A stretch of 64,000 nucleotides of DNA from a virus: the IMG/VR virus record IMGVR_UViG_3300038803_000160. One strand, given 5' to 3'. The translations under genes and the position numbers were made by a program. The notes under the pieces were generated by a model. The model was given only the letters and a program-made list of their open reading frames with translations, was not told where the DNA came from and searched no databases. Shown here one piece after another: positions 48,149-57,839 of the stretch; position 1 is the first letter of the stretch, and every line of letters begins with the position of its first letter.

Positions 48149-49797
48149 TTCAATGATCCGATGTTCATGGCGCGAGCAATGTCCCGCTGGTTGCGTTCCA
48201 GGACATTCGACATGCGAAAGTCCAGACTGTCCTCGACGACGAGCCGCCAGATCGAGACCGGCTTCTCCTTCGTGACCGCCCAGGCGCGCTCCTCCGCCTG
48301 ATCCATCTCGGACGCGATCCAAGACAGCTCGGTGAAGACCACGTCGTCGGCGATCGACAAGTCGACGCCCTGCCCCATCGCGACGATGTTGCCGAAGATG
48401 AGGTTGCAGGACGGGTCCGTGTTGAAGCGGTGGATCGCCTCGTCACGCTTCTTCGACGGCGTGTCGCCGACGATGATCGCGCTGTTCGGGAACTTGGCGT
48501 GAAGCTCCTTCACGAACTCCCGGTGGTAGCCGAAGATGATCCCCTTCGGCACTTGCTCGACAAAGTCTTCGAGCCAGGAGACGACCATGGGGAGCTTCGC
48601 CATTGCCAGCTCACGGCGAATGGTGGCAAGGTTGTTTCCGCGCTCGATCTCGGACAGCACCTCGTCTTCCTCGGCGGTAATGCCGAAGCGATCGATCAGA
48701 ACTGCTGCCTCCTCGGGAGACATGAACTCGCCTAGGCGCTCTCGCATTGCGGTGACAGACGCCACCGCCTCGTCCTCGGCACGGATGATCTTTTCGAGCC
48801 CCTTTTTCGGGAGCACGATCGTCATGCGCTGGGGCGGAAGCTCCTTCACGACCTGATGCTTTTCGCGTCGGATCATGAAGCGCTCGCGCATCAAGCGCTG
48901 CAGCTCTTCGAGATTGGAAGCGCCCGATGTGTCGATGCCGAAGGGGCCGCGCTTGGCGTCGCAATACCGGCGGACAAAGTGCCACCAGTCCGCGCCCAGG
49001 CCCTTGGGATCACAGGCCTGGACGATCGGCCAAAGGTCGATCGGTCGCTTGTAATACTGGGTTCCAGACAGGAAGATTTTCCGCTTGGCGCGGATCGGCT
49101 TGAACTGGCGCTGGACCTCGATCTCACCCTTCTTGCCTTTGGCGCCGAAGACGCACTTCGTCCGCGCCGCCTTCGGGTTGCGAAGGTAGTGACTTTCATC
49201 GCAAATCAGGACATCCCAATCAATGGAGTAAATGAACTCGCGGTGATTGATTAGGATGTCGTAGTTGATGACGGTGACGTCCGCGTAGGACTTTGTCTCC
49301 TTGCCGTAGACGACGCCGACGGACAGCTCCTGGTGCGCCGTCCAAAGCTGCCACATCCGCATCCACTGCAGCTTGACGGTCGCCGGACAGATGATCAGGA
49401 CGCGCTTGACGTCGGGGATGCACGAGCAGACGCCGATCGCCTGCACGGTCTTACCGAGGCGCATGGCGTCGCCGATGAGCACCGCGTCCCGAGACAGGCC
49501 GTAGGCAACGCCTGCCTTCTGGTAGCCGCGATAGTCGAGCGTGAGCCCGGGAGGCTTGGGGATGTCGATCTCGGCGTCGAGCGCAAACGAGTCCGCGATC
49601 CGTGCGGCCCGTTCGGCTGCGCGTCCCTCGATCTCTTTGCGAGCCTGCTCGTCACACGCATCGATGTGACGGAGAACTACGCCGTCGTCGATGGCGATGA
49701 AGCCCTCGGCGCGGCGCGCGAAGCCCTTGAGAGAGAGCGGACCCTTCCCTGGGAACCGCGCGATAAATTTTCCCCCCTCATAGGTGATCTTCATCAT
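48145..49797 (-). CDS. SNF2-like SF2 helicase
   Basis: YQ..GV, GDAMRLGKT, DESH, LSGT, QAEERA. Confidence 0.9.
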   Translation of the reverse strand: MMKITYEGGKFIARFPGKGPLSLKGFARRAEGFIAIDDGVVLRHIDACDEQARKEIEGRAAERAARIADSFALDAEIDIPKPPGLTLDYRGYQKAGVAYGLSRDAVLIGDAMRLGKTVQAIGVCSCIPDVKRVLIICPATVKLQWMRMWQLWTAHQELSVGVVYGKETKSYADVTVINYDILINHREFIYSIDWDVLICDESHYLRNPKAARTKCVFGAKGKKGEIEVQRQFKPIRAKRKIFLSGTQYYKRPIDLWPIVQACDPKGLGADWWHFVRRYCDAKRGPFGIDTSGASNLEELQRLMRERFMIRREKHQVVKELPPQRMTIVLPKKGLEKIIRAEDEAVASVTAMRERLGEFMSPEEAAVLIDRFGITAEEDEVLSEIERGNNLATIRRELAMAKLPMVVSWLEDFVEQVPKGIIFGYHREFVKELHAKFPNSAIIVGDTPSKKRDEAIHRFNTDPSCNLIFGNIVAMGQGVDLSIADDVVFTELSWIASEMDQAEERAWAVTKEKPVSIWRLVVEDSLDFRMSNVLERNQRDIARAMNIGSLK

Positions 49798-49889
49798 CTA
49801 AGAGGGCGGGCGGGTCAGCACACCCGAAGGCACTGACCCGCCCTGACGCTGCGCCTCCAGGGAGGCACCAACTCGGCGCAGCGTTGTCC

Positions 49890-50981
49890 TTATGCTCCTT
49901 TCAGTTTCTGCAGCCAGCCCCACAGCGTGGAGCGAGCGATGCCGGTCTTCGCAGCGAGCTTGCGCTGGCTGCCAGCTTCATCGAGAGCCTTGGTCAGCTC
50001 GTCGGCCGACCACTGCTTGCCGTCGTACTCGAAGACGAAGTCGGTGGCTTTCGGCTCCTCGACCTGCGGAGCTGGGTTGATGTCCGAGATGAGTTCATCG
50101 ACGATCTTGTCGACCATCTCCGGGATCATGCTCTCCTCGGTCTCCTCGTCGGGATCGTCGTCGGGATCGTCGTAGCCGTCAGACGGCTCCGAGAGGTTCG
50201 CGGGCGGGACAGGGTCCATCAGGCGCGTGTCGACCTCGATCTTGCCCGTGTACTCGTCCGAGGACACGATCGCGATCGGCGTGTAGAGACAGGCGCGTCC
50301 CTTGCCGTTGTAGTCCTTCGGGCAGCAGACGACGTCCACGGGGTCGATCTTGAGCAGCAGCAGCTTGTTGCCGGACAGCGAGGTATGGACGTAATCCCAG
50401 CCCGCGAAGTGGAGACCCGTCGAGCAGTGATTGTCCGGGTTGGGATCGCACTCCTCGCGCGGCATCGAAACCGGCTTGCCGATCTCGTGCAGCGTCCTGC
50501 CGTCGTGGCGAGACGTCATGTTCTCGTTCACGTACTTGTAGGCCAGGAAGTGGCCGTCAGACGTGATCGGCATGTCCGTCTCTTCGAGCCAGCGGAAGAG
50601 CTGGTCCCGCACCGCCTTGTCCGGGTTCAGGCCCAGACGCTCGGTGAACCGGCAGAGGGGATCGATGTCGAAGCCCTCGGCGTGGTGCTGCATGATCCGC
50701 GTCGCCAGATGAGCGTGGACCGGCTCGCCCTTGAAGAAGACGCCGCCCGCCTCGGTGATGACGACGCTGCCGTTGGTGAGCTTGGTGATATGGCGCGGGA
50801 AGTCCAGCCACTCCGTCAGGAGGTCGACTTCGGCAGCCGAAGGGACCTTGCGGGCTTCCTTCGCCATGCCCTTGAGCAGCTCGCGAGCGTCGTGCCACTT
50901 CGGATGGGACTCCCGGATCGTCCGGGTCAGACTGCCCATGACCACGGTCAGTGATCTGGGCGTGATGTTGGTCGCAAACAT
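49890..50981 (-). CDS. rIIB: rIIB-like protein
   Basis: PITSDGHFLAYK, MPR..CDPNP..CS.GLH, P.DVV..P.DY.GKGRAC.Y. Confidence 0.85.
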   Translation of the reverse strand: MFATNITPRSLTVVMGSLTRTIRESHPKWHDARELLKGMAKEARKVPSAAEVDLLTEWLDFPRHITKLTNGSVVITEAGGVFFKGEPVHAHLATRIMQHHAEGFDIDPLCRFTERLGLNPDKAVRDQLFRWLEETDMPITSDGHFLAYKYVNENMTSRHDGRTLHEIGKPVSMPREECDPNPDNHCSTGLHFAGWDYVHTSLSGNKLLLLKIDPVDVVCCPKDYNGKGRACLYTPIAIVSSDEYTGKIEVDTRLMDPVPPANLSEPSDGYDDPDDDPDEETEESMIPEMVDKIVDELISDINPAPQVEEPKATDFVFEYDGKQWSADELTKALDEAGSQRKLAAKTGIARSTLWGWLQKLKGA

Positions 50982-51054
50982 GGTAGGCCTCTCTGGGGGT
51001 GATCCTGAATATCCTAATTTACGCTGGGCGTCAACTAGGGTCACGTTGTGAGGG

Positions 51055-53115
51055 TTAGCGAAGGATGTAGTCGTTCACGATCATGTCGATCGGCGCATTG
51101 CCGATGTGGTTGAGAAGGGGGAACTCCTGAAGGACAGCCGCCCCCAGCTTGCCGACGGCGGGGACACGGATAGAGGTATCCGCGTGAACCTCCTTGCCGA
51201 TGGCCCGGAACGCTGGAGCCAGATCGAGATAGCGCTCGTAGGTGCGCTTCAGCGTGTAGAACTCCCGGCGCGCCTCGGTCGCCTTGACAAGGGCCGTACC
51301 GAAGCGAGGGTCGACGGTGCCGTCTTTCTCCAACAGCCCCTCGACGTGCGTCATCAGATCAGCGACGACGCCTGAGAGATAGGGGTGGCGGTTCGCGAAG
51401 GCCTGGGCGATTGCGACGCGATCCGCGTAGCGGACGTGCAGCGCGTCGATCACAGTCTCCAGCCGCGTCCAGCCGGGCCGAGTCTCCATCTTGGTCGCCT
51501 GAGACGGCGTGAAGACGTGAACGTCCCCCGACAGGCCGCCGAACTCGCGCGCGATCTTCCACATGTCCGCGATGGCGCGGAACGAGTGATAGCTCTTGAA
51601 ACCGTTGATGTAGACGTTCTCGCGCTCGGCGACGAGATAGATGCCGCCTTGCTTGAGGTCGATCTTCCTCTTCTCGACGCCGTCCGACGTGAGAACGCCT
51701 GCGTTCGTGTACTCGCGCTTGACGCTGTTGGTGCCTTTCTGCACCTCCGGAAGATCAGCGACGTCGATGCCTTCATCCGGGCGACCGAGTGCGACCTGGA
51801 TGCGCTTCAGCTCCATGTCGGACGAGTAGCGGATCAGGACGGCTTTGTCCCGGCTCTTGTACCTGTACTCCGCATACATCTTCTCGTAGACGCGAGCGTA
51901 CAGGTCTTTCACCGGCTTGCGGGTGTCGTACCAGAACAAGACCGAGTCAGAGCTGATGGCGTTCGCCGTCATCGCGTTCTTCCGCCACGTTGGGTACTGC
52001 ACCACGGACCGGCGCGACGTCATCAAGAACACCGTCGCATTACCGCCGAGCTTCTTCGGCATGTACCAGTGGAACGGGATCGACGACTTGCCGAAGTGCG
52101 TCTCGAAACGAAGGAGGTGCGTGAACACATCCTGCAGCCCGTGCTTCGAGATATAGCGGCGGAGCTTCCACGCACTCTTGTTGGTGCGCAGCATCTTGCG
52201 ATACTTCTCGAACTGCCCGTCGATGAAAGTCTCGACAGCGGCCCTGATCTTCGCAACCGTCTCCGGGGTGTACTCCAACTGCTCGCGTGAGGCGGTGAAG
52301 CCTAGCGTGTTGGGAGGGAAGTCGAACACGAGACGACCGTGACCGCGCCCGGTAGCGATCGGGAGCAAGGTCATGAGCCCGCTGAGCTGGTTCTGGTCGA
52401 TCGCGTAGGTGATCTGTCCCTGACGCGCCGCGAGATTGAGCGAGTAGCCGTTGGCGCGATAGAACGTCCAGCCCTCGCCGCGATCGATCACCTCGGGAGC
52501 TGTCGGGGCATCGGTGCCGATGAAGGTCGGGATCACGTACAGATCGGACGCGATGCGCGTCGCGGCATACTTGAAGTCCGCGAACTGCGCAGGCTCGACG
52601 GCGAGGCCGACTTCGACGCCGCGCGGCTCGTCGCTCGCCTCTGAGCCGACGTAGTCGATGACGGGAACGTGCTGATCGTTGATGTAGACCATGTAGCGAC
52701 GGACGGAGGTGCCGTCCCAGCACTGCAGATTGAACGCGTCGGTGTAGGCGAACGGCGACTTCGAGCCGAGGCCGAGCTTGCCGATCTGACTGTCGTCCTC
52801 TTCCTTCGTGCTGTCGAAGAGGGTGGAGTAGTTCGTCATCACGGTGGCGTGGTCCATGCCGACGCCATAGTCGCGCACCGAGAACGTCAGGTTCATGGTG
52901 GTAGGGACGCGGACCGTGAGAGGCTTGTCGGTGCCCGCCTTGACGTGGCTGTCGACGCCGTTCGAGATCAGCTCGCGGACGACGGCGGTGACCTTGTCCG
53001 AGTAGAGACCGTCGATGAGAATGCGGAAGGCCTTACCGGACGCTTTGATCGTGAAGGCCTTCGACTGCTGCGCGCCGAAGGAGGTGATGTCACGCGGGGG
53101 GAGCTGATGGAACAT
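51055..53115 (-). CDS. rIIA: rIIA-like protein (GHKL ATPase)
   Basis: KAF.IL..LYSDK..VRELISNGVDSH, RDYG.G, GLGSKSPFAYTD. Confidence 0.88.
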   Translation of the reverse strand: MFHQLPPRDITSFGAQQSKAFTIKASGKAFRILIDGLYSDKVTAVVRELISNGVDSHVKAGTDKPLTVRVPTTMNLTFSVRDYGVGMDHATVMTNYSTLFDSTKEEDDSQIGKLGLGSKSPFAYTDAFNLQCWDGTSVRRYMVYINDQHVPVIDYVGSEASDEPRGVEVGLAVEPAQFADFKYAATRIASDLYVIPTFIGTDAPTAPEVIDRGEGWTFYRANGYSLNLAARQGQITYAIDQNQLSGLMTLLPIATGRGHGRLVFDFPPNTLGFTASREQLEYTPETVAKIRAAVETFIDGQFEKYRKMLRTNKSAWKLRRYISKHGLQDVFTHLLRFETHFGKSSIPFHWYMPKKLGGNATVFLMTSRRSVVQYPTWRKNAMTANAISSDSVLFWYDTRKPVKDLYARVYEKMYAEYRYKSRDKAVLIRYSSDMELKRIQVALGRPDEGIDVADLPEVQKGTNSVKREYTNAGVLTSDGVEKRKIDLKQGGIYLVAERENVYINGFKSYHSFRAIADMWKIAREFGGLSGDVHVFTPSQATKMETRPGWTRLETVIDALHVRYADRVAIAQAFANRHPYLSGVVADLMTHVEGLLEKDGTVDPRFGTALVKATEARREFYTLKRTYERYLDLAPAFRAIGKEVHADTSIRVPAVGKLGAAVLQEFPLLNHIGNAPIDMIVNDYILR

Positions 53116-53220
53116 TGGAATGTGGTGCCTGGGTGTTGGTGCCTGTATGTGAGCCACAGTACCATATTTGTGGCGCCGCGCCACCACTTCACACTTTAAT
53201 GGTTATCCAGATACTACGAC

Positions 53221-53259
53221 GTGACCTAGATTGACGACCGGGAACCAGCGTGCTACAAC
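53221..53259 (+). promoter_or_regulatory. sigma70 promoter overlapped by an operator-like box
   Basis: TTGACG..GCTACAAC (Caulobacter-type -35/-10); GTGACCTAGATTGAC. Confidence 0.65.
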
Positions 53260-53291
53260 CGCGTTAAGACATGTTAACGGCGGACTAGATC

Positions 53292-53750
53292 ATGGCCCTG
53301 CCCCTGACTGCGCGTTCCAACTTCGTCGAGCTGACGCGGGTCTACGAACATACCGACATCGAGTTCCCACATCTCCGCGCCGTAACTCTCGCTCAATGGG
53401 CGGTCGAGTGCGGCTGGGGCTCGTCCGATTTGGCGAGGTTGCATCGAAACTACGCGGGAATGAAATGGCGGACGCAAATGAACGCGTTTGCCACGCCCGT
53501 GGAATACGCGGCCCACGACGGAAAAGAGCGCTATTGCAAATTCGCGAGCGATGATCTTTTCATCGAGGGCTATTGGGCTCGCTACGATATGCTGTCGGCC
53601 TACTCAGGCTGGCGAGAGGCTGCCAAGGACCCCATCACGTTCTTCAACTTCGTGGGCCCCGTGTGGCTCGGGTTGTCGAAGAAGCAGAACCAGGAATACG
53701 TGCGGAAAGTCCTTGGCGTCTACGAGATGCGCACCAAGGAGATGTTCTGA
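53292..53750 (+). CDS. GH73/glucosaminidase-like muralytic protein
   Basis: LAQWAVECGWGSS.LA..NYAGMK. Confidence 0.7.
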   Translation: MALPLTARSNFVELTRVYEHTDIEFPHLRAVTLAQWAVECGWGSSDLARLHRNYAGMKWRTQMNAFATPVEYAAHDGKERYCKFASDDLFIEGYWARYDMLSAYSGWREAAKDPITFFNFVGPVWLGLSKKQNQEYVRKVLGVYEMRTKEMF

Positions 53751-54178
53751 TGACTGTTGTTCTGCCCTCCGTTCGGAACATCCAGGACATCGTCACACAC
53801 GATGACGAAACCGACATCTACGGCACCACGATGGCGGAGATGTGGGGCAACGTCCTCTCCTTCATTCCCGAGATGAGGGGACGCGGGCTCAACGAGGACT
53901 TGTCCGCGCTCTTCGCGGACTGCTTCGCCTCGTCGAAACTCGAACGCGTGATCGCTGGCTATGATCTTGCCGCCGTGCGTATGAGCTTCCTGTCGATGCT
54001 CCACATGCACAAGATCGGGCACACCCACGTCATCAAGTACATGTCGACCGAGACGGCCTACTGGTTGGAGCGGTTCAGCGACAAGATCGAGGCCATCATC
54101 CCCGGCGAGATACACCGCCGTCGCGTGGTCTCCGTGCCATCCTTCCCGGAGAAGGTCAAGCACGGCTGGGTTCACTAG
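53750..54178 (+). CDS. hypothetical protein
   Basis: TGATG coupling, codon bias. Confidence 0.6.
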   Translation: MTVVLPSVRNIQDIVTHDDETDIYGTTMAEMWGNVLSFIPEMRGRGLNEDLSALFADCFASSKLERVIAGYDLAAVRMSFLSMLHMHKIGHTHVIKYMSTETAYWLERFSDKIEAIIPGEIHRRRVVSVPSFPEKVKHGWVH

Positions 54179-55074
54179 GTCCCCGGCTCCCGCCAGCCTT
54201 TGAAGCTCGGGAAGCGGAGTTCCATGTACGGCGTGAAGCCCTGGAACTTCACCGTCATGACGCGGCCCATGTAGCGGTCCTGGTTCTGCCACATGTCGAT
54301 GCGCTCAGCATCGGTGAAACCGTTTCCGACCTTTCCGACGTGCCCGTGGTTCTCGACGGAACGCACCAGAACCTTGCCGACCTTACCTGCACCGACAAGC
54401 CCGTCCTTCGCCTTCGAGCGCTTAGCGTAGCCGCGCTCGTCCGTCTCCAACTCGTTCTCGTTGTGGTTCTGCTCAAGGAAGCCGATCACCTCGTACTCGG
54501 CGTCTTGCCAGCGCTTCAGCTTGAGTAGGGTTCCTTCCTTGAACGTGCTACGGCCGAACTTGTACGGCCCGTTGAGGGAGCGGATCATCACTCCTTCATA
54601 GCCCTGGCTGACGTAACGCTCTTCCAATTCCCGCACAGCGGTAGCGTCCGCCGCTTGAGCGTGTGGAACGATCTCGAAGTTGACGAGGCCGAGAAAACGC
54701 GCAGTCGAGGCGCACTGACCGAGTTTCGCAAAACGCCAGTAAAACGGCGCGTCGGGGATGATGTAGTCGAAGGCGTAAAACCTCACCGCAGGCTCGCCAT
54801 CCGCGCTCATCACGCCTTCGGTCGTGACCTTAAAGCAGTCCGGCGCGCACGGGTCGCCAACGATCAGCTCACCGTCGAGATTGTCGGGAAGGTCCGCGAA
54901 GAGCTGTTGGACGTGTCGATTGCGGATCGGCTTGAGCTTGCGCGACAGGATCACGCCGCCCCGCTTGACGGCGCGGATGCCGTCGAGCTTCGGTGAGATA
55001 AGCACCGGATACTTGAGGTTCTCCAGTCCCGCGTCGGTGACGGTCGCGGAGAGAAGGGGCTGGAAGGCCTTCAT
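54175..55074 (-). CDS. lig: ATP-dependent DNA ligase
   Basis: PKLDGIR, LDGEL, AFD, EGVMIR, LLKLK, RFP. Confidence 0.93.
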   Translation of the reverse strand: MKAFQPLLSATVTDAGLENLKYPVLISPKLDGIRAVKRGGVILSRKLKPIRNRHVQQLFADLPDNLDGELIVGDPCAPDCFKVTTEGVMSADGEPAVRFYAFDYIIPDAPFYWRFAKLGQCASTARFLGLVNFEIVPHAQAADATAVRELEERYVSQGYEGVMIRSLNGPYKFGRSTFKEGTLLKLKRWQDAEYEVIGFLEQNHNENELETDERGYAKRSKAKDGLVGAGKVGKVLVRSVENHGHVGKVGNGFTDAERIDMWQNQDRYMGRVMTVKFQGFTPYMELRFPSFKGWREPGT

Positions 55075-55946
55075 CAGAAGCTCCCGCCCGTGATCTTGGC
55101 CACGACCATCTCGTCGAGGGCCCGGTCGGGGCGCGCGATGTAAGGGACGTAGCCGAAGTCTCGAAGGTCGCGCAGAAGGTCCGCGAGATCGACGCCGTTC
55201 CAGTCCGTGTACTCGACCACGAAGACCGGCTTGCCCGCGTGTGTGACGCGCCCGAGCATGTCGTTCGACCAGCGCACAAGGTCGGGATGGTTCGGCATCC
55301 CGTCCTCCTCGGCGCCGAGGATCAGGTCTTCCTTCGCGACGCCCGACAGCGTCTGCACGAGCATCGCGCTGCCGTCTTGCAGATCAGGAGACAGAAGGTC
55401 TTCGGCGTTCTGCATGACGACGCGGAACGCCGGGTTCTTCGCCCGCGCGTAGACCGACAGCTTCAAGATGAAGGCGATCATCGCGCGCTGCATCTCCGCG
55501 ATCGGGCGAGCGGCGGTGCGATGCCAGCGAAGGATGTCGTGCGGCGCATCGCACTTGTCGAAGTAGGCGCCGTCGTAGCCCGCCTTGATGATCTTGTCGA
55601 GCTGCTTGAAGATGTGGCGCTGGTAGTCGCGGTCCCAGAACTTGACGACCCAGTTGTCGTTCCACTCGGGATTGACGTCGAGCAGCCAGTTCGGCATTGC
55701 GTCTGCGCGAACTTCCTTCCAGTAGTCGCGATAGCCTTCCGCCTCGCCGATCGAGATGTAGGACAGCACGTCCCGGCGCTCGCCGTCGGCCTTGTACTTC
55801 AGAGACTGCACGGCTTCGAGCGGCACGTCGTCGACATCCACCACCAGGACGTCGAACGCCGTGTTGCGCAGATAGAGAGGATCGACGTTCTGGAGCTGAT
55901 AGCCCCACGACTTCGGAGCCCGATGGAACTCGTAGGGCAGAAGCAT
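55074..55946 (-). CDS. GH114-like endo-alpha-1,4-polygalactosaminidase
   Basis: WGYQLQ, Y.SIGEAE.YRDYW, NPEW, GYDGAYFD, QNAE, VFVVEY. Confidence 0.8.
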   Translation of the reverse strand: MLLPYEFHRAPKSWGYQLQNVDPLYLRNTAFDVLVVDVDDVPLEAVQSLKYKADGERRDVLSYISIGEAEGYRDYWKEVRADAMPNWLLDVNPEWNDNWVVKFWDRDYQRHIFKQLDKIIKAGYDGAYFDKCDAPHDILRWHRTAARPIAEMQRAMIAFILKLSVYARAKNPAFRVVMQNAEDLLSPDLQDGSAMLVQTLSGVAKEDLILGAEEDGMPNHPDLVRWSNDMLGRVTHAGKPVFVVEYTDWNGVDLADLLRDLRDFGYVPYIARPDRALDEMVVAKITGGSF

Positions 55947-55947
55947 C

Positions 55948-56253
55948 TCACACCTCGTACAGATCAGTGACCGGACGGCGCGTGGCGAGCCACGTCGCGT
56001 TGATGTCGAGCACGCAGCGCCACAGCTTGGTGAGCGTGACGTCGAACAGGTAGACCGTGAGGCCGACGAAATGGATCAGAAGGAACAGCACCTCGCGATC
56101 CGTAGGCGGCGGCGACGTCAAGATGCCGAACAGCAGCGTGAAGAAGGCCGCCGCGATGAACGACAGCAGGACGAGTTTGCGGCGCGCCGCATCCCGAGAA
56201 TGCTTGAACGCATCGAGGATCGGGCGGAGGACACCGAGGAAAAACTGGATCAT
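55948..56253 (-). CDS. membrane protein
   Basis: Two hydrophobic helices; coupled to the holin. Confidence 0.6.
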   Translation of the reverse strand: MIQFFLGVLRPILDAFKHSRDAARRKLVLLSFIAAAFFTLLFGILTSPPPTDREVLFLLIHFVGLTVYLFDVTLTKLWRCVLDINATWLATRRPVTDLYEV

Positions 56254-56579
56254 GGGTCTTTCGGGGGCTGGTCAGGCAGATTGAGTTTCTTCCGCAGGGA
56301 CTCAACAACGATGTCGATACCGCGCGTTCCGAGATAGCCGCCAGCTCCTGCCGCAACGAGAGCCCATTTCGGGTCGAATTGCATCATAAGCTGTGCCGCC
56401 ATAAATCCTGCGAAGGCGGAAATAAGCCCGTTTGCCAGAATGCGGCCCCATCCCGGAAAGGTTCCGGCACGCAGATACGCGTCCAGCAAACGGGCAGTAC
56501 CACCAAGCACTGCAAGAGTGATCCAGTAGCCCTCCGTCAGGATGAACCGGAGAAGAGCCGTATGATTTTCGACGTTCAT
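56250..56579 (-). CDS. holin (LydA-like)
   Basis: LGG.AR, ISAFAG, AGAGGYLG, three TM segments, charged C terminus. Confidence 0.7.
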   Translation of the reverse strand: MNVENHTALLRFILTEGYWITLAVLGGTARLLDAYLRAGTFPGWGRILANGLISAFAGFMAAQLMMQFDPKWALVAAGAGGYLGTRGIDIVVESLRKKLNLPDQPPKDP

Positions 56580-56720
56580 GACGGCTCGCAGCCAAAGTGA
56601 TCGAGGGTCACTATACACGCGCGATTAACCCTGTCAACGCACAAAAGTGGACATTGGGGATCACAACGGTTACTAAGGACGTTGCGAAGATAGACCTGGA
56701 GTAACCAACACGAGTAGCCG

Positions 56721-57314
56721 ATGCCCGCGAAAACGATCACTGATGCGCAACTGAACGTCGTCCTTGCCCACGTCGCCGACCACAGCTCAGACCCGCTGCG
56801 CGACTACGTGATCCTGATGCTCTCCTTCCGCGCAGGGCTGCGCGTGAGCGAGATCGCCGGGCTGCGCTGGGCCGACGTGTGTGACGCCGAAGGCAACCTG
56901 CGCCGAGACATCCTGGAGGTCCCCAAGGCCATCTCCAAGTATTGCAGCGGGCGGACGATCCCGATGCACAAGGCCGTGCACGCCGCCTTGAAGGCGTACC
57001 TGAGCCACCTTCAGGACAAGCGCTCCGTCGCCATGAACGAGACGATCATCCACTCGCTCTATGGCGAGCAGCGCAAGATGAGCGGCAACGCCCTCCAGCG
57101 CTACATCGGCAGGCTCTTCCAGGCCGTCGGCTACAGCGGCTGTTCGTCACACTCGGGGCGCCGGACCTTCATCACCAAGGCCATGCGCAAGGCGCCCCAG
57201 GCAGGGTGCTCGATCCGCGACGTCCAGAAGCTCGCTGGTCACCGCTACATGTCCACGACCGAGCTGTACGTCGACCCGTCCGAGGAGCAGCAGGCTCTCG
57301 TCGACATGATCTAG
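56721..57314 (+). CDS. catalytic-domain-only tyrosine recombinase
   Basis: GLRVSEIAGL, SK, HSGRRTF, LAGH, T..Y; 197 aa. Confidence 0.88.
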   Translation: MPAKTITDAQLNVVLAHVADHSSDPLRDYVILMLSFRAGLRVSEIAGLRWADVCDAEGNLRRDILEVPKAISKYCSGRTIPMHKAVHAALKAYLSHLQDKRSVAMNETIIHSLYGEQRKMSGNALQRYIGRLFQAVGYSGCSSHSGRRTFITKAMRKAPQAGCSIRDVQKLAGHRYMSTTELYVDPSEEQQALVDMI

Positions 57315-57388
57315 CACTAGACGTCGGTTGTGACTTCTGGTAACACTCGTCGAGTTAAGGGGGGTGTCCGCTAACGTGGGACACCAAC

Positions 57389-57838
57389 GTGAGCACCATC
57401 GCAGTAACGGCCAAGCATGTCGCTTGGGACAGTCAGGTAACTATCGGAGACGGAGAGAAGGGCCGCGTCGGCGAGTCCAAGGTCCAAGTCCACAAGTCAG
57501 GCATCTGGGGTCTCGTCGGAGACGGGCCCCCGATGAAAACCATGATCCAGTGGGTGCTCGACGGCGCCGATATTAAGCGGCGCCCCGACGGCACTTGGCA
57601 GCTCTTCCGTATCGGGAAGAATGGCAAGCTCGTGCAATGGGCGAGCGACCACCCCTACGAGGTGGCGGTCACCTATCCGCAGGCCTTCGGGTCTGGCGGA
57701 AAGTACGCTCTGTCTCTCCTCGTAGCCGGTCATAGCGCGCGCTATGCCGTCAAGATCGCCGCCACCCTCGACATCTACACAGGGCCTCCGATCCAGCATC
57801 TGGACATCGGCAAAGCGCTCGCGCGTGTGAGGTCCTAA
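57389..57838 (+). CDS. HslV/proteasome-beta-like Ntn-hydrolase
   Basis: STIAV..DSQVT, GSGG.YAL, A..AV.IA..LDIYTG. Confidence 0.7.
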   Translation: MSTIAVTAKHVAWDSQVTIGDGEKGRVGESKVQVHKSGIWGLVGDGPPMKTMIQWVLDGADIKRRPDGTWQLFRIGKNGKLVQWASDHPYEVAVTYPQAFGSGGKYALSLLVAGHSARYAVKIAATLDIYTGPPIQHLDIGKALARVRS

Positions 57839-57839
57839 A

